From a virus, in the IMG/VR virus record IMGVR_UViG_2829814883_000001, positions 1 to 54,164 of that record: a DNA stretch of 54,164 nt. One strand, 5' to 3'. The position numbers were made by a program, and so were the translations under genes. Positions within the stretch are counted from its first letter, which is position 1. Each line of letters opens with the position of its first letter. Positions 16,152-25,932 of the stretch are shown piece after piece. The notes under the pieces were generated by a model. It ran no database searches, had not been told where the DNA came from, and saw only the letters and a program-made list of their open reading frames with translations.

Positions 16152-17557
16152 GTGAGAACGATCTCCGCGTCGGCGACGACGACATCGCCGCTGATGGATG
16201 AGACTCCCGCGAGCGACGACGTGAAGACGTGCCTGCACCCATCCTTTGAGGATGTGTCGAGATAGGCTGAGCTGACGCCTGTCCTGGACCCAGCCAACAG
16301 GGTCAGGGTTGGAGCCGCTCTCATTTCGACAGGCCAGTACACGTATAGGAAATGCGTCAATCCGGCTGTTGCCGGGCGGAAGATCGAGTGCACCTCCCGC
16401 CGGCAATAGTACCGCTGACACAGCGCCAGCTCGTCTCTCTGCAGCATGAGCGGGGGAGTCGAGCCAATGCCAATCCGTGGACGCTTGAACCTCACGGTGG
16501 TGGGGACGCCGGCAGCCCGTGCAATATTGACCCTCATCGCACCCGACAAGGCGGCGGGGATCATAAGGCTGACGGCACGCACCCCCGATCCGGGTGTCAG
16601 CGTGGCGCTCACCGCGCTTCCGGATGATGCATCGCCTGAGATGGTGACGGTGATGCTTCCCTCTCTGAGGTCATCGACCGCGAAGGTAACCTGACGATCC
16701 TCCCACCGGTCAGCGTGTAAAAACCAAGGCTCGATGATTTGCTCAATCGACCCTGCGCTCAGCTCCCACGTGCTCTCATATCTGAGCGTATTGGAGCTAA
16801 AGAACACGCCAATGTTTACAACTGCTCCGCCGGGTCCTGCTTGCCAGCGGTCCCTGAAATAGACGCCTGCCGCATGGGTGCTGCCGCTGATGCCACGCTG
16901 ATTGTACTGCCCTTCGGAGTTGATCAGTAGGTTCTGGCTCAGATTGCTGCCGTCGCTCTTGGCTGCACCGAGGTTGCCGATCGCGGCGTCCTTGTCGGCG
17001 AGATCGGCAAGGTTTTGTGACTTCGCCAGGGCATCCATGACCTGCAGCGGATTCCACGTCCCTCCGCGAAAATATTCGTAATAACCGAGGGTCGTGTTGT
17101 AACGCAGGGCATGCAGAGGCGAGTTCGCTGGCCTGGCGCTGGTCGGCCCATAGGGGATGGCCAGCGAATTCCCGAACAAGTCAGCCTTGTTCTGAAGCGT
17201 CGTGCCGAGGCTCGCGACATCGCTGATGGCGATGGTGGCCGAGGTCCAGGCCGTCCCCACCAGCTTCAGAAACTGTCCGTTGGCTGCGCCGGAGACATCG
17301 ACGCCGTTCAGATCGTTGAGCGAATGGATGTGGTCGGCGTCGGATTTACCCTGGAGCGCCAATGCCAGCCCATTGATTTGATCGATGCCATGCGAATGCA
17401 CGGCCGCCGCCTTCGTTCCCAACGTGGCGATGATGCTCGCCACGTCGAGATCGATCATCTGGAGCGCGGCGATGATCCGAAGGACATCCTCGTCGAGATC
17501 ATTCTGCTCGTGCGGGAGAGGATAGTCACGGTTATCCGTCGAGATCTCGATAGCCAT
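16148..17557 (-). CDS. Tail fibre protein
   Basis: ATG 17557 is preceded by AAGGAAG, giving 469 aa. The N-terminus (DYPLPHEQNDLDEDVLRII.AL..ID) is common in tail fibres of alphaproteobacterial phages. Hand-sampled GC is lower here than in neighbouring genes. Confidence 0.65.
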   Translation of the reverse strand: MAIEISTDNRDYPLPHEQNDLDEDVLRIIAALQMIDLDVASIIATLGTKAAAVHSHGIDQINGLALALQGKSDADHIHSLNDLNGVDVSGAANGQFLKLVGTAWTSATIAISDVASLGTTLQNKADLFGNSLAIPYGPTSARPANSPLHALRYNTTLGYYEYFRGGTWNPLQVMDALAKSQNLADLADKDAAIGNLGAAKSDGSNLSQNLLINSEGQYNQRGISGSTHAAGVYFRDRWQAGPGGAVVNIGVFFSSNTLRYESTWELSAGSIEQIIEPWFLHADRWEDRQVTFAVDDLREGSITVTISGDASSGSAVSATLTPGSGVRAVSLMIPAALSGAMRVNIARAAGVPTTVRFKRPRIGIGSTPPLMLQRDELALCQRYYCRREVHSIFRPATAGLTHFLYVYWPVEMRAAPTLTLLAGSRTGVSSAYLDTSSKDGCRHVFTSSLAGVSSISGDVVVADAEIVLT

Positions 17558-17567
17558 TCCAGCTTCC

Positions 17568-20500
17568 TTAGACAGAATAGGCGCGCAGCCGCGCGATGGC
17601 GATGCGGGCGCCGGGCCCGCCGGCCAGCGTGATGCGGACACGCCCCTGGGCCGCGGTGAAGGATGCCCGCTCGTATTTCGGCTCGATCCAGCCGCCGCCG
17701 AGGACATCGGAGCCGGCCGCCGTCAGGGCCTGCCAGCTGCCATTCCCGCCGTCGCACTCGACCGTGACGGTCGAGCCTGCCGGAAGGAACGCGGCGAACA
17801 GGGCCGCCACCTTCACCGCACTGCCCATGGGAAAAAGCCGCGTGATGTAGGTGCCGCTTTCCCGGATGCGTCCGCCGACCAGCAGCGTCCCCGGATAGAG
17901 CACCGGCGAGATCGTTTCCGAGCCCTCGAAGACGGCCCGGAGCGTCACCTGCTCGTTGACGTATTCGGCGAATTCCCAGGTCTGTCCCGGCGTCAGCGGG
18001 ATGACCTGGCCCGAGGTCCGCACGAGCTCGTAGCGGAACCGGGCGGCATCGGTCGGGATCTCCACCGCGCCGCGCACGAGCACGTCGCTGATGTCCTCGA
18101 ACTCGCCCGTCCACAGATCGACCGCGCGAGTGACCGGCGCGAACTTCGCCGCCACGACCTGGAAATGCAGATCCATGTCCTGGTGTGCCGTCCATGTCAG
18201 CCGGTTGGCCGAGGAGAGCAGCACGCCGACCGTGTAGGGCTGCGAGGCCACGCGGGTCTGGGTCGCGGTATCGATGTCTCCGAGCTTCGAGACTGCCACC
18301 GCATGGGTGGCGTCGGCGGTCAGGATCACGAAGCAGAACTCGCGATCCGCCGGGCAGAACACGGGCGCATCGAACCTCGCCTGCACCAGATCGCCGACCT
18401 GCGGGACCTGCATGTTGACGAAGGCCTCGGCCAGAACCTCGTTGGTCGGGAAGCCGTTGGCCACCCGCGCCAGCTGAACGCGCACGCCTTTCGAGCGGTC
18501 GCCGATCGCCGTGAAGCGGAAGTTCACGCCGAGGATGTGACGCGGCTCCGGCAGCGTGAAGGTCTGCGCCAACGGATCGCGACCCGGATCGCCGTCCCCC
18601 TGCTCCCGCGTCTCCACGACAGGGTTCGTGATCTGGTTGATGATCGCGACGTTCCGGCTGACCGGGGTCGAGGACTCCGGCTCCTTTTTCGTCGGCGCGG
18701 CCCGGGCCACGAGGGTCACGCGCCGCATCGTGGCGATGTCGATGGTGCCCTCGCCGACGAAGATCGCCTGCGCGAAGCTGCCCGCGGCGCCCGTGACCCT
18801 GACGAGCCGACGGCCGACCGGGATATTGGCCGGGATCGTGAAGGTGAACGTGATCCGACCCTGAGCATCGGCCGTCTGCGTCCCCGCCGGCTTGATGCTC
18901 ACGCCGTCGAAGGTGGCGGTGGCGAGGTTCTCGCCGGCCCCGAAGCCTTCGATGCTCAGCGTCACCGGGATCTGGCGCAGGTTCACCGCATTGACGCGGC
19001 GGATCTGCGTGACCTCGTTGATGGTCGTGCGCCCGGGCGGCTGCTTCGGCGCGGCCGTGAACTCGCGCGTGACCGGCGAGGTCCACTGCGTCTGCTCCTC
19101 CGTCCAGAAATCGACCGCCGGAGCAAGCTTCAGCCCCGCCGGCATTACGGTAAAATTGTCGTAGGGGTTGATCTTCATCGAGGAGGTGCGCTTGTCCTGC
19201 CGGACGACGATCTCCTCGGTGTAGCTCAGGGTCATGATCGACGTGCCGCAGAGCTGGGTCAGCACATCGTCGATGGCGAGCTGCAGCACGCCCTGATTGA
19301 TGGCCGCCGTCTGCGGCGCGCCCTGGTCGCGGTAGAAGTCGTCGACGAAGGTGTCGGTGAAGATGCCCTTCTTGCTGACGGGCTCGCGCGCCAGGATGTC
19401 GCGCTCCGATTCCGAGCGGTCGAACTGGTCGAGGATCGTGATCAGCCGGTCGAACAGGCGGCGCTGCTCGTCATAGGTGTAGTTGCGGGTTCCATTACTG
19501 ATGACGGTCGGCGTGCCGAGCCAGGTGTTGTGCACCTCGGCCAGTTTCAACAGGTTCGACGGCGCAATCGGCGGCAGGCCGCCGTTGCGCGCGCTGATGC
19601 CCTTCACGTAGGCGGGACGGCCCGTGATGTCCATGCACAGCAGGTCGATGCGCGGCAGCTTGGACGTGTAGGAGATCAGGACCGGCCGGTTGTTGACGCC
19701 CCCCGAAACGGTCACGGTCGTGTCGGTGGCCGCATCCGGCGTCACCGCCGCATTGTAGAGATAGGTGACCGAATAGGTGGAGTTCGCCGCAGGCTCCGTT
19801 CCGCCGGGCGCCCAGGACACGGCATCGCCCGCCAGGGCGTAGGCCGAGGCCGGAACGGTGGTGCCGCCATAGACGATGCTCTCGATCTCGACCACCGACG
19901 AGAACTGAAGATCGTCGCTGCCGCCTGCAATCGGGCCGCGTGTGACGGTTTCCGTGGTGCGCTTGACCACGATCACCGACGACACGTTGGCAATCGGCGG
20001 ACGCGACACGGCGATGGTCGCCGTCCCGTTATCGGGCCCGGTGAAGGTGTGCGGCTCGGCCGCGATGCTCTCGACGTCAGGCGCTTCCGTCTCTGCATGG
20101 CGGATGCTGGATTCGCGGATGCGCTTGAAGCCCTGGATGTTGGCCGTCCCCGCCCCGATGCTGAAGACCTGGGCCGGACCGCTCTTGCCGAGGGGCAGAA
20201 CCTCGCAGCCGTCCACGATGTAGTTGCCGTTGGCGTCCTTGTCGTAGACGGAAAGCACCGCAAGCACGCCCGAGAGCGCGGGCGGCGGCGTCTGATCGAT
20301 GACCGCGCCGTCCTTGATCAGGTAAACGGCAGCGAACTCTCCGGCCTGCGCATCGCCCTCGATGGCCCAGACCAGGTTCTTCGCGATGCGGGCCGCGCCT
20401 GGCTCGCCTTCCGATTCCGTGCCGGGATGAAGACCCAGCAGGGACGGGTCTTCGGCTTCGGTGATAACGGTCCGCTGCAGGCGCACGCCGATCCGGACCT

Positions 20501-20816
20501 CGCCCGTCATGGCAACGCCGGTAAAGGAGGCGGCGGCCACGGGCAGCACGTCTCCGGCAATGTAGATCTCGCCGGGCGCGAGCCCGACGGCTCCCGTCTC
20601 GGGATCGACCACGATGTCAGCTCCGCTGATCCGGTCACCGTCCCGGGCGATCAGGTTTCCGACACGCCGGTTGCGGCGGCGCTCGAGCGCCTGAAGCTCG
20701 TTGAGCTCGGCACCCTGCGCGATCTGGTCTTCCCGAAAGACCACCTCGGACCAGGTGGGCTTGGCAGGCGTGCGGTCATAGGCAGCCGGGAGACCGGATG
20801 AATGCTCGTGAGCCAT
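17568..20816 (-). CDS. Large baseplate/host-specificity protein (DUF4815-like), 1082 aa
   Basis: Longest coherent ORF with high GC3. It lies downstream of gpI. The N-terminal F.E..I.QG.ELNELQ pattern recalls DUF4815 proteins. Confidence 0.7.
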   Translation of the reverse strand: MAHEHSSGLPAAYDRTPAKPTWSEVVFREDQIAQGAELNELQALERRRNRRVGNLIARDGDRISGADIVVDPETGAVGLAPGEIYIAGDVLPVAAASFTGVAMTGEVRIGVRLQRTVITEAEDPSLLGLHPGTESEGEPGAARIAKNLVWAIEGDAQAGEFAAVYLIKDGAVIDQTPPPALSGVLAVLSVYDKDANGNYIVDGCEVLPLGKSGPAQVFSIGAGTANIQGFKRIRESSIRHAETEAPDVESIAAEPHTFTGPDNGTATIAVSRPPIANVSSVIVVKRTTETVTRGPIAGGSDDLQFSSVVEIESIVYGGTTVPASAYALAGDAVSWAPGGTEPAANSTYSVTYLYNAAVTPDAATDTTVTVSGGVNNRPVLISYTSKLPRIDLLCMDITGRPAYVKGISARNGGLPPIAPSNLLKLAEVHNTWLGTPTVISNGTRNYTYDEQRRLFDRLITILDQFDRSESERDILAREPVSKKGIFTDTFVDDFYRDQGAPQTAAINQGVLQLAIDDVLTQLCGTSIMTLSYTEEIVVRQDKRTSSMKINPYDNFTVMPAGLKLAPAVDFWTEEQTQWTSPVTREFTAAPKQPPGRTTINEVTQIRRVNAVNLRQIPVTLSIEGFGAGENLATATFDGVSIKPAGTQTADAQGRITFTFTIPANIPVGRRLVRVTGAAGSFAQAIFVGEGTIDIATMRRVTLVARAAPTKKEPESSTPVSRNVAIINQITNPVVETREQGDGDPGRDPLAQTFTLPEPRHILGVNFRFTAIGDRSKGVRVQLARVANGFPTNEVLAEAFVNMQVPQVGDLVQARFDAPVFCPADREFCFVILTADATHAVAVSKLGDIDTATQTRVASQPYTVGVLLSSANRLTWTAHQDMDLHFQVVAAKFAPVTRAVDLWTGEFEDISDVLVRGAVEIPTDAARFRYELVRTSGQVIPLTPGQTWEFAEYVNEQVTLRAVFEGSETISPVLYPGTLLVGGRIRESGTYITRLFPMGSAVKVAALFAAFLPAGSTVTVECDGGNGSWQALTAAGSDVLGGGWIEPKYERASFTAAQGRVRITLAGGPGARIAIARLRAYSV

Positions 20817-20825
20817 GATGGATCC

Positions 20826-21944
20826 TTAAAAGCGCAGGACGGCGCAGATGCGCTCCCGCACGGTCCTCTGGAAGGGAATGGTGATGGAACGCCGCGCCAC
20901 GATGGGACCGGGCTCGGCAAGCCCGCCCGGCGGCAGCCAGAGCGCACCGGCCGGAGAACCTGCGGCGGGTTGCGAGCCGAGGATGAAGCCCACCTCCGTC
21001 GCCGTGGTGCCGAATCCGTCGCCGAAGCCGGTCATGGCTTCGAGATAGAGTATCGTCGCGGCCTCGGGCTTGATGGCGTACCGGGTGGAATTGACCCGGT
21101 AGATGCCGTTGATGGCCTGGGCCACGGGCCACCGCGCCCGGGCCCGCCGATAGCCGATGACCTCGCCCGCCGCGTTGAGGAACACCGCCCAGGCCGGTTT
21201 TCCGGCGATGAGCGCCATCGTGGCTTCGAGCATTGCGACGGATCGCGCCAGAGCCCCCGATGCCGTCCATGGAACGCTCGTCCAGGGAAATGCGCCCCAT
21301 GTGAGCGCGGCCCCGGCAGGCGCGATCCAGACGCCGAGCGCCTGGAGTTCGGATGGCTGCATGGCGTGGGCGATATCGGTGCGCCGCCCGAACGACCACT
21401 TGGCCTGCCCTGGTGCGACACGCCGGCCGGAATAGGAGCCCCAGAGCTTCGAGCCCCAGCGCCCGCGCCCGTATTCCATCGCGCGCACGTCGTAGCCCGC
21501 GAAGGCGCGCCAGAACACGGACCGCAGCGGCACGGAGAGCCCCGTCACGCCTTCGATCCGGTGCAGGTTCGCGTCACCCTCGACAATGGAGGTGAGAGCA
21601 AGCTGAAAATAGTTCCAATGCTGGCGGGATACGGAGAACTCTTCGATCCCCGCCGCATAGCCGAGCCAGCCCAGCGCCTTGGCGACAGCCGCGCGTGTAC
21701 CGCGCACCCGCTGCCAATCAATTCCCTCCTCGATCAGTTCGTAGAGGTTCGGGACATAAGGCGTGAGCTCGCCGAGCCCGTATTCATAGACCAGGAAGGG
21801 CAGGAAGGACGGTGGCGGGTTGACGATCTTGATGCCGCGCATCGCCGTGACGTTGGGATCGACAGTGGTGTAACTGTCGGAGCCCAGCGAGAGCCCCTTC
21901 TCCAACGGGACATATGTGGTCGGCAGCAGATCGTGGCGCGCCAT
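20826..21944 (-). CDS. P2 gpI-like baseplate/tail protein
   Basis: 372 aa. The N-terminus (LLPTTYVPLEKGLS) fits the tail protein I family. ATGA overlap with the gpJ stop. Confidence 0.7.
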   Translation of the reverse strand: MARHDLLPTTYVPLEKGLSLGSDSYTTVDPNVTAMRGIKIVNPPPSFLPFLVYEYGLGELTPYVPNLYELIEEGIDWQRVRGTRAAVAKALGWLGYAAGIEEFSVSRQHWNYFQLALTSIVEGDANLHRIEGVTGLSVPLRSVFWRAFAGYDVRAMEYGRGRWGSKLWGSYSGRRVAPGQAKWSFGRRTDIAHAMQPSELQALGVWIAPAGAALTWGAFPWTSVPWTASGALARSVAMLEATMALIAGKPAWAVFLNAAGEVIGYRRARARWPVAQAINGIYRVNSTRYAIKPEAATILYLEAMTGFGDGFGTTATEVGFILGSQPAAGSPAGALWLPPGGLAEPGPIVARRSITIPFQRTVRERICAVLRF

Positions 21945-22837
21945 CAGTAGGCCCTACCCATATTGTTGAGCGTGATCGTGCCAATGGAGATCGCGCGCTC
22001 AGGCGATGCGATCCGGTCGGAGGTCGGCAGGACCGGCTCAACCTTCTTGATGCCTGGGCGCATCAGGCGGGCCGTGATCCAGGCTCGATCGAGATCAAAG
22101 CCGAGACCGGTCTCTGCATCCCATGCCATACGCAGCAGTGCAGCGAGCGGAGAATCCGCTCCAGGCGATGGCGGCGCGATCATCGTGTCCGGCGCCTCGG
22201 GAAGGAGCCAGACGTTATATTCGATGTTGACCGTCTCGAAGATCGCCGACTGAACCTCGATGCTGTCGTTGACCATGAGCACGTCCGGCGCGTTGAGCGC
22301 CGCCCTGACCTCGCTCAGCAGACCCTCGTCGGCTATGCCGCCGGCATCGGTTGAATAGACTGCGACGCGCACGAGAGGGCTTGTGCCGACGCGATAGACC
22401 ACGGCATCGGCAACGCGGGTGCTGACGCCAAGCGAGATGGCACGATAGCGCGCCGCCGTGCCACCCGGCGAACGGCCCTGGATATTGAGAATGACGCGGC
22501 GGCGCAGCGCCTCGTCTGTCTCGCCCGCCATGCGAAGCACGTCATAGAACACGGCGAGGTGGTCGAGGTCCGATCCAGTGGCATATGCAAGCAGGTTCGC
22601 CCGCACTGCATCGTTGACGCGTGCCCGGATCAAGGTCTCGCGGTAGGCGAAGACCTGGGCCAGATAGTGCATCGGCTCGGTTTCGAGATCGATGATGCCG
22701 CGAATATCGACGCCGATCTCGTCGCAGCGGGCGATCGTGTCGGCCTTGATCGCCGAGAGGATGGCCTCAAAGCTTGGTTCCTCGATGACCTGCGGCGGCG
22801 GGAAGGCGGAGAGGTCGTAAAGGGTGCTGTCAGCCAT
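21944..22837 (-). CDS. Baseplate protein J (P2 gpJ-like)
   Basis: Internal ATG 22837 (MADSTLYDLS...) of track ORF 21944-23455 gives 297 aa. Position and pattern fit the Baseplate_J family. Confidence 0.75.
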   Translation of the reverse strand: MADSTLYDLSAFPPPQVIEEPSFEAILSAIKADTIARCDEIGVDIRGIIDLETEPMHYLAQVFAYRETLIRARVNDAVRANLLAYATGSDLDHLAVFYDVLRMAGETDEALRRRVILNIQGRSPGGTAARYRAISLGVSTRVADAVVYRVGTSPLVRVAVYSTDAGGIADEGLLSEVRAALNAPDVLMVNDSIEVQSAIFETVNIEYNVWLLPEAPDTMIAPPSPGADSPLAALLRMAWDAETGLGFDLDRAWITARLMRPGIKKVEPVLPTSDRIASPERAISIGTITLNNMGRAY

Positions 22838-22866
22838 GAAAGACCTCGTGGCGCGCGAGGGGCGCC

Positions 22867-23241
22867 TCAGAAGTTGATGGTGCGCTCCCCCCCTTCGGGG
22901 GTCGGATCGCCGAGGTGGGCGCGGGGGCGATACTCGCCGACGAGGGACATGGTGAGCTGACCGAGCCTGAGCTTCTCGGGGCTGTTGCGGGACTTCTCGA
23001 AAGAAATCTGCTTGATCCTGAAGCGCGGCTCCCACAGCTCCACGGCCACGATGACGGCGGTTGCGAACCGCAGCACGGTGGACTGGTTGATCGGGCGCCC
23101 CAGGAGCGCCGGAACCACCGAGCCGAAGCTGCGCCGCATGACACGGGTTCCGACCATGGTGCTGAAGAGAACCTCCAACGATTGCAGGAGGTGATCCCAG
23201 CCCGAGAGCCACCGGCCGGTGCGCCGGTTCATGCCTGCCAT
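22867..23241 (-). CDS. Baseplate wedge protein W (GPW/gp25-like)
   Basis: 124 aa. G.G...P......G......D...I..SL..LL.T..GER-like pattern (RTGRWLSGWDHLLQSLEVLFSTMVGTRVMRRSFG). Confidence 0.7.
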   Translation of the reverse strand: MAGMNRRTGRWLSGWDHLLQSLEVLFSTMVGTRVMRRSFGSVVPALLGRPINQSTVLRFATAVIVAVELWEPRFRIKQISFEKSRNSPEKLRLGQLTMSLVGEYRPRAHLGDPTPEGGERTINF

Positions 23242-23243
23242 GG

Positions 23244-23477
23244 TCAGCCCCTTGCCCGGCGCTTGGCCTTCGGCAGAGAGCCGCCTTTCTGGCCGTTTCC
23301 GTCATGGTCGAGCGGGTCGCGCTCGATCCGGGGTAAAGCGATCTGGCCGAGTTCGAGCGGCGTGGTAGCCTCTCCTGCAGTGAGCCAGAGTTCCTGCCCT
23401 GGCCGAACGCGACGGCCGAGCACCTTCTCGCCGGGGGCAAGAGTGTCCGCGACAAGATAGCGGATACGGTCAGACAT
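23244..23477 (-). CDS. Hypothetical baseplate-module protein (77 aa)
   Basis: Compact ORF between PAAR and W with good GC3. No family recognised. Confidence 0.5.
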   Translation of the reverse strand: MSDRIRYLVADTLAPGEKVLGRRVRPGQELWLTAGEATTPLELGQIALPRIERDPLDHDGNGQKGGSLPKAKRRARG

Positions 23478-23492
23478 CGGGGTTCCTTCCGG

Positions 23493-23750
23493 TTAGTCGC
23501 ATTGCCAGCGCTGGGCGCCTGATATCAGGACAGCACCGCAAGCGGTGACGTCTCCGTGGCGCGCGATGGGAGCGCCCTCGCACCGCCATTTGGTGGAGCC
23601 GGTCTCGATGGGGTTGGGGCCATGCTCTGGGCACAAGTAGATGTCGCCGACCCGCGCGATGGGAGCGCCCTCGCACCTCCACCGGCTCGCGCCGGTTCCG
23701 ACCTGACCGCCATGTGTGCCGGTGTCGCCCTTGCGAACGATAAGAGGCAT
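23493..23750 (-). CDS. PAAR-domain spike-tip protein
   Basis: ATG 23750 (MPLIVRKGD...) gives 85 aa. It has repeated G.PIAR.GD and H.GP motifs and lies 4 nt after the gpV stop. Confidence 0.7.
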   Translation of the reverse strand: MPLIVRKGDTGTHGGQVGTGASRWRCEGAPIARVGDIYLCPEHGPNPIETGSTKWRCEGAPIARHGDVTACGAVLISGAQRWQCD

Positions 23751-23754
23751 GTTG

Positions 23755-24219
23755 CTATCCCAGGTGGCCGCCACCGTTTTCAAAGAAGATGAAGGTGTTT
23801 CCAGCCTCCAAGCGCTGCCTGCGCGACTTCTTCACGTAGCCGTCCTTGCGGATCTCCTCACGAAAATCCCCGAACTCCGTCACATGCTCGTCGCCCTTGT
23901 CGGAGGGCGACGGGTTCTGCTTCGAGAACGTGAACGGCAGCGCCATGCCCTGCCGGAAATCACCGTCAGGGCAGATGAGTATCATCTGCTGCCCGATGCT
24001 CGGAGGAGAGTGGATCTTGAGATCGCCAGCGACCTGGGCGTAGGGCACCCACGGGGTCAGGAACGGCTCTCCATCGGTTCCGCCTACCTGCAGCCTGACC
24101 CTGCCCTTTGCCGGATCGACCTCCTTGACGACGCCCACGCGCTGGCTGTTCTCGAACCGCCGCTTCAATTCGGCGACCTCCGCATCGAGGCGAAGCAGGA
24201 TCTCGATCATGTCCGGCAT
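23755..24219 (-). CDS. Baseplate spike/hub protein V (P2 gpV-like, short form)
   Basis: 154 aa. RVGVVKEVDPAKGRVRLQ...PW is the typical gpV OB-fold N-terminus. Confidence 0.7.
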   Translation of the reverse strand: MPDMIEILLRLDAEVAELKRRFENSQRVGVVKEVDPAKGRVRLQVGGTDGEPFLTPWVPYAQVAGDLKIHSPPSIGQQMILICPDGDFRQGMALPFTFSKQNPSPSDKGDEHVTEFGDFREEIRKDGYVKKSRRQRLEAGNTFIFFENGGGHLG

Positions 24220-24222
24220 CGC

Positions 24223-25041
24223 TTAGTCCTCCGGCGGAAGCGGATTGTCGCTGTCCTCATCGATCACGGTCACCATGGCGCCTCGCTCGAGCACGCCTTC
24301 TGTCATCACCTTGGCTTCCCCGGTTTCCGTCCTGTCGGCCGGCGCGAAGGCGGCGTTGCGGACCCTGGCCTCGGTCCACCCGCGGGAGGCCTGGAAGCGC
24401 CGCCAGGACGGCAGATCGTCGCCGTTCTCGATCTCCTCCCTCAGCACTTGGGCATAGATCACGAGGTTCGGGTCCGCCTCCATCAGGGCGATCAGGCGGC
24501 CCCAAGGACTGTCGGGCGGGATCTTCTCGCCGAAGTCCGGTTCCGGTATCGGATCGCAGACCAGGACAAGCTGTTTGGCCGCGAAGCGCACGCCCTGCTC
24601 GCTGCTGGCGCCGCGACGGCCCATGGTGCGGATGACCCGGCCGGTGAACTCCTTGAAGAGTTCGGCCCACGGATCGAGCGGGTCCATCAGCGCCCGCATC
24701 ACCTGGCGCTGCATGAAGCCCAGCGACGCCTCCATGCCGGAATCCGTGTGCGGGATCTTGATCTCGATCTCCTGCTCTCCGTTCTTGCCCTTGGCCAGAA
24801 CGAAGGTCGCCAGCACCATCTCGAACACGACTTCGAGTTCGCGGCTGCCGCGCAACAGATCCCACTCCCGAACATCGCTTTTGTCGTCATCCGTCGAGAG
24901 GATGATCATCGGCTCGCTTTCCGTCGGGACGGTCTGATCGACCGGAACGATCTGCGAGTCGTAGACGCGATCCTCGGCATAGGTCTTGCCGACGAGCGCC
25001 CGCTCGCCGCAGATCCGGATCGCAAAGCTCACGAGGCTCAC
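24223..25041 (-). CDS. Hypothetical head-tail connector region protein (272 aa, GTG start)
   Basis: GTGA overlap with the upstream gene. Coherent GC3. No family recognised. Confidence 0.55.
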   Translation of the reverse strand: MSLVSFAIRICGERALVGKTYAEDRVYDSQIVPVDQTVPTESEPMIILSTDDDKSDVREWDLLRGSRELEVVFEMVLATFVLAKGKNGEQEIEIKIPHTDSGMEASLGFMQRQVMRALMDPLDPWAELFKEFTGRVIRTMGRRGASSEQGVRFAAKQLVLVCDPIPEPDFGEKIPPDSPWGRLIALMEADPNLVIYAQVLREEIENGDDLPSWRRFQASRGWTEARVRNAAFAPADRTETGEAKVMTEGVLERGAMVTVIDEDSDNPLPPED

Positions 25042-25448
25042 GGCTGGCTCTCCACGATAAGGTCCAGGGTGTGGTCGCCCAGATGGGAAGGCGGATCCTT
25101 GGCGAGGCTGTAGCGCCCGGCCCCATGGCCCGAGGCGATCACCACATGATCGCCGCGGCGCAGCCTGTAACCGATGGCGGCGTAAACGGCGGCGCGGATC
25201 GCGAGGGTGGCCTGGGCCACCTGCCGGGAGCCGAAACCCTCCATTTCCGAGCCCTTACGGTTGCCCTGGAAGCTATCGGTGCCGGGCTTGAGCGTGAACT
25301 TCGCCTGGATGGTTCGCGGCGCCCGGGCCGGATCCGGCTGGGCGCCGAGGCGCTGGTTTTCGATCATCGGGACGATCTGGACCGATCTGCCGAAGATCGT
25401 GTCCAGCTTCTCCCGCGCCGACGGCCAGGCCTGCGCGAAGGTCGGCAC
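25038..25448 (-). CDS. Hypothetical head-tail connector region protein (136 aa, GTG start)
   Basis: Compact ORF between the capsid and baseplate modules. No family recognised. Confidence 0.5.
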   Translation of the reverse strand: MPTFAQAWPSAREKLDTIFGRSVQIVPMIENQRLGAQPDPARAPRTIQAKFTLKPGTDSFQGNRKGSEMEGFGSRQVAQATLAIRAAVYAAIGYRLRRGDHVVIASGHGAGRYSLAKDPPSHLGDHTLDLIVESQP

Positions 25449-25452
25449 CGTC

Positions 25453-25860
25453 TTACGACTGCGGCTGCAGCATGGCGATGATGGCGGCCTCGTCCATATC
25501 GAGGGTCACCTGGATATTCTTCTCGGCGGCCAGGGCGGCGAGCTCCTCGCGGGAGAGATTCGTGAGATCCACTGGCGCCTCACCGGGGTTCTGGCCCGAG
25601 CCTGCGGGCCTGTTCCCGCTCTTGCCGCCCTTGCCGCCCTTGGCCTTCTTGCCCTCCGGCGCGCCATCAGTCTCAGCCTCAGGCTCGACCTCATAGGCGA
25701 ACTTATCGTCAATCAGGTGGCGGCCATAGGCCTCCGGCACGGCGATGGCCTCGTGCGGCGGCACCTCCTTATCCGGCGCATGGAGGGCAGCAGCCCCGAA
25801 GACGGCGGCCGGAATGCGCAGGCCGCGCGGACCCGCGATGAGAATCGTCTTATCTGACAT
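25453..25860 (-). CDS. Hypothetical protein with a Lys/Gly-rich linker and a C-terminal HeH/SAP-like motif
   Basis: I prefer ATG 25860, because the alternative GTG at 25905 lies inside a 10-bp hairpin. C-terminus LSREELAALAAEKNIQV. Confidence 0.5.
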   Translation of the reverse strand: MSDKTILIAGPRGLRIPAAVFGAAALHAPDKEVPPHEAIAVPEAYGRHLIDDKFAYEVEPEAETDGAPEGKKAKGGKGGKSGNRPAGSGQNPGEAPVDLTNLSREELAALAAEKNIQVTLDMDEAAIIAMLQPQS

Positions 25861-25891
25861 CGGTCTGTCTTTCAGGCTGGAAACCGGGCGA

Positions 25892-25915
25892 GCCGGGGCG
25901 GTCACCCGCCCCGGC
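25892..25915 (-). terminator. 10-bp perfect GC hairpin just downstream of the major capsid gene (attenuator or terminator)
   Basis: + strand gccggggcgg tcac ccgccccggc. The following T-run is weak. Confidence 0.45.
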
Positions 25916-25932
25916 GGTTCATCGCTTCAGGT

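Noticed and set aside
18165-20801. 878-aa + strand ORF. Similar very long ORFs occur at 30489-32720, 4632-6311, 3782-4852, 7955-9187, 26005-26970, 40148-41233 and 23716-25113 (all +), and at 51992-53410, 45360-46919, 44564-45715, 37106-38179, 17455-19086, 13059-14051, 5992-6903 and 3558-4460 (all -).
   Set aside because: All lie antisense to, or out of frame with, genes that have recognisable phage families. Their products are Arg/Gly/Pro/Ala-rich low-complexity strings typical of shadow ORFs in high-GC DNA.
16148-20816. Diversity-generating retroelement or invertible (Gin/Cin-type) tail-fibre switching
   Set aside because: I found no reverse transcriptase, no template/variable repeat pair and no serine invertase gene anywhere in the window.
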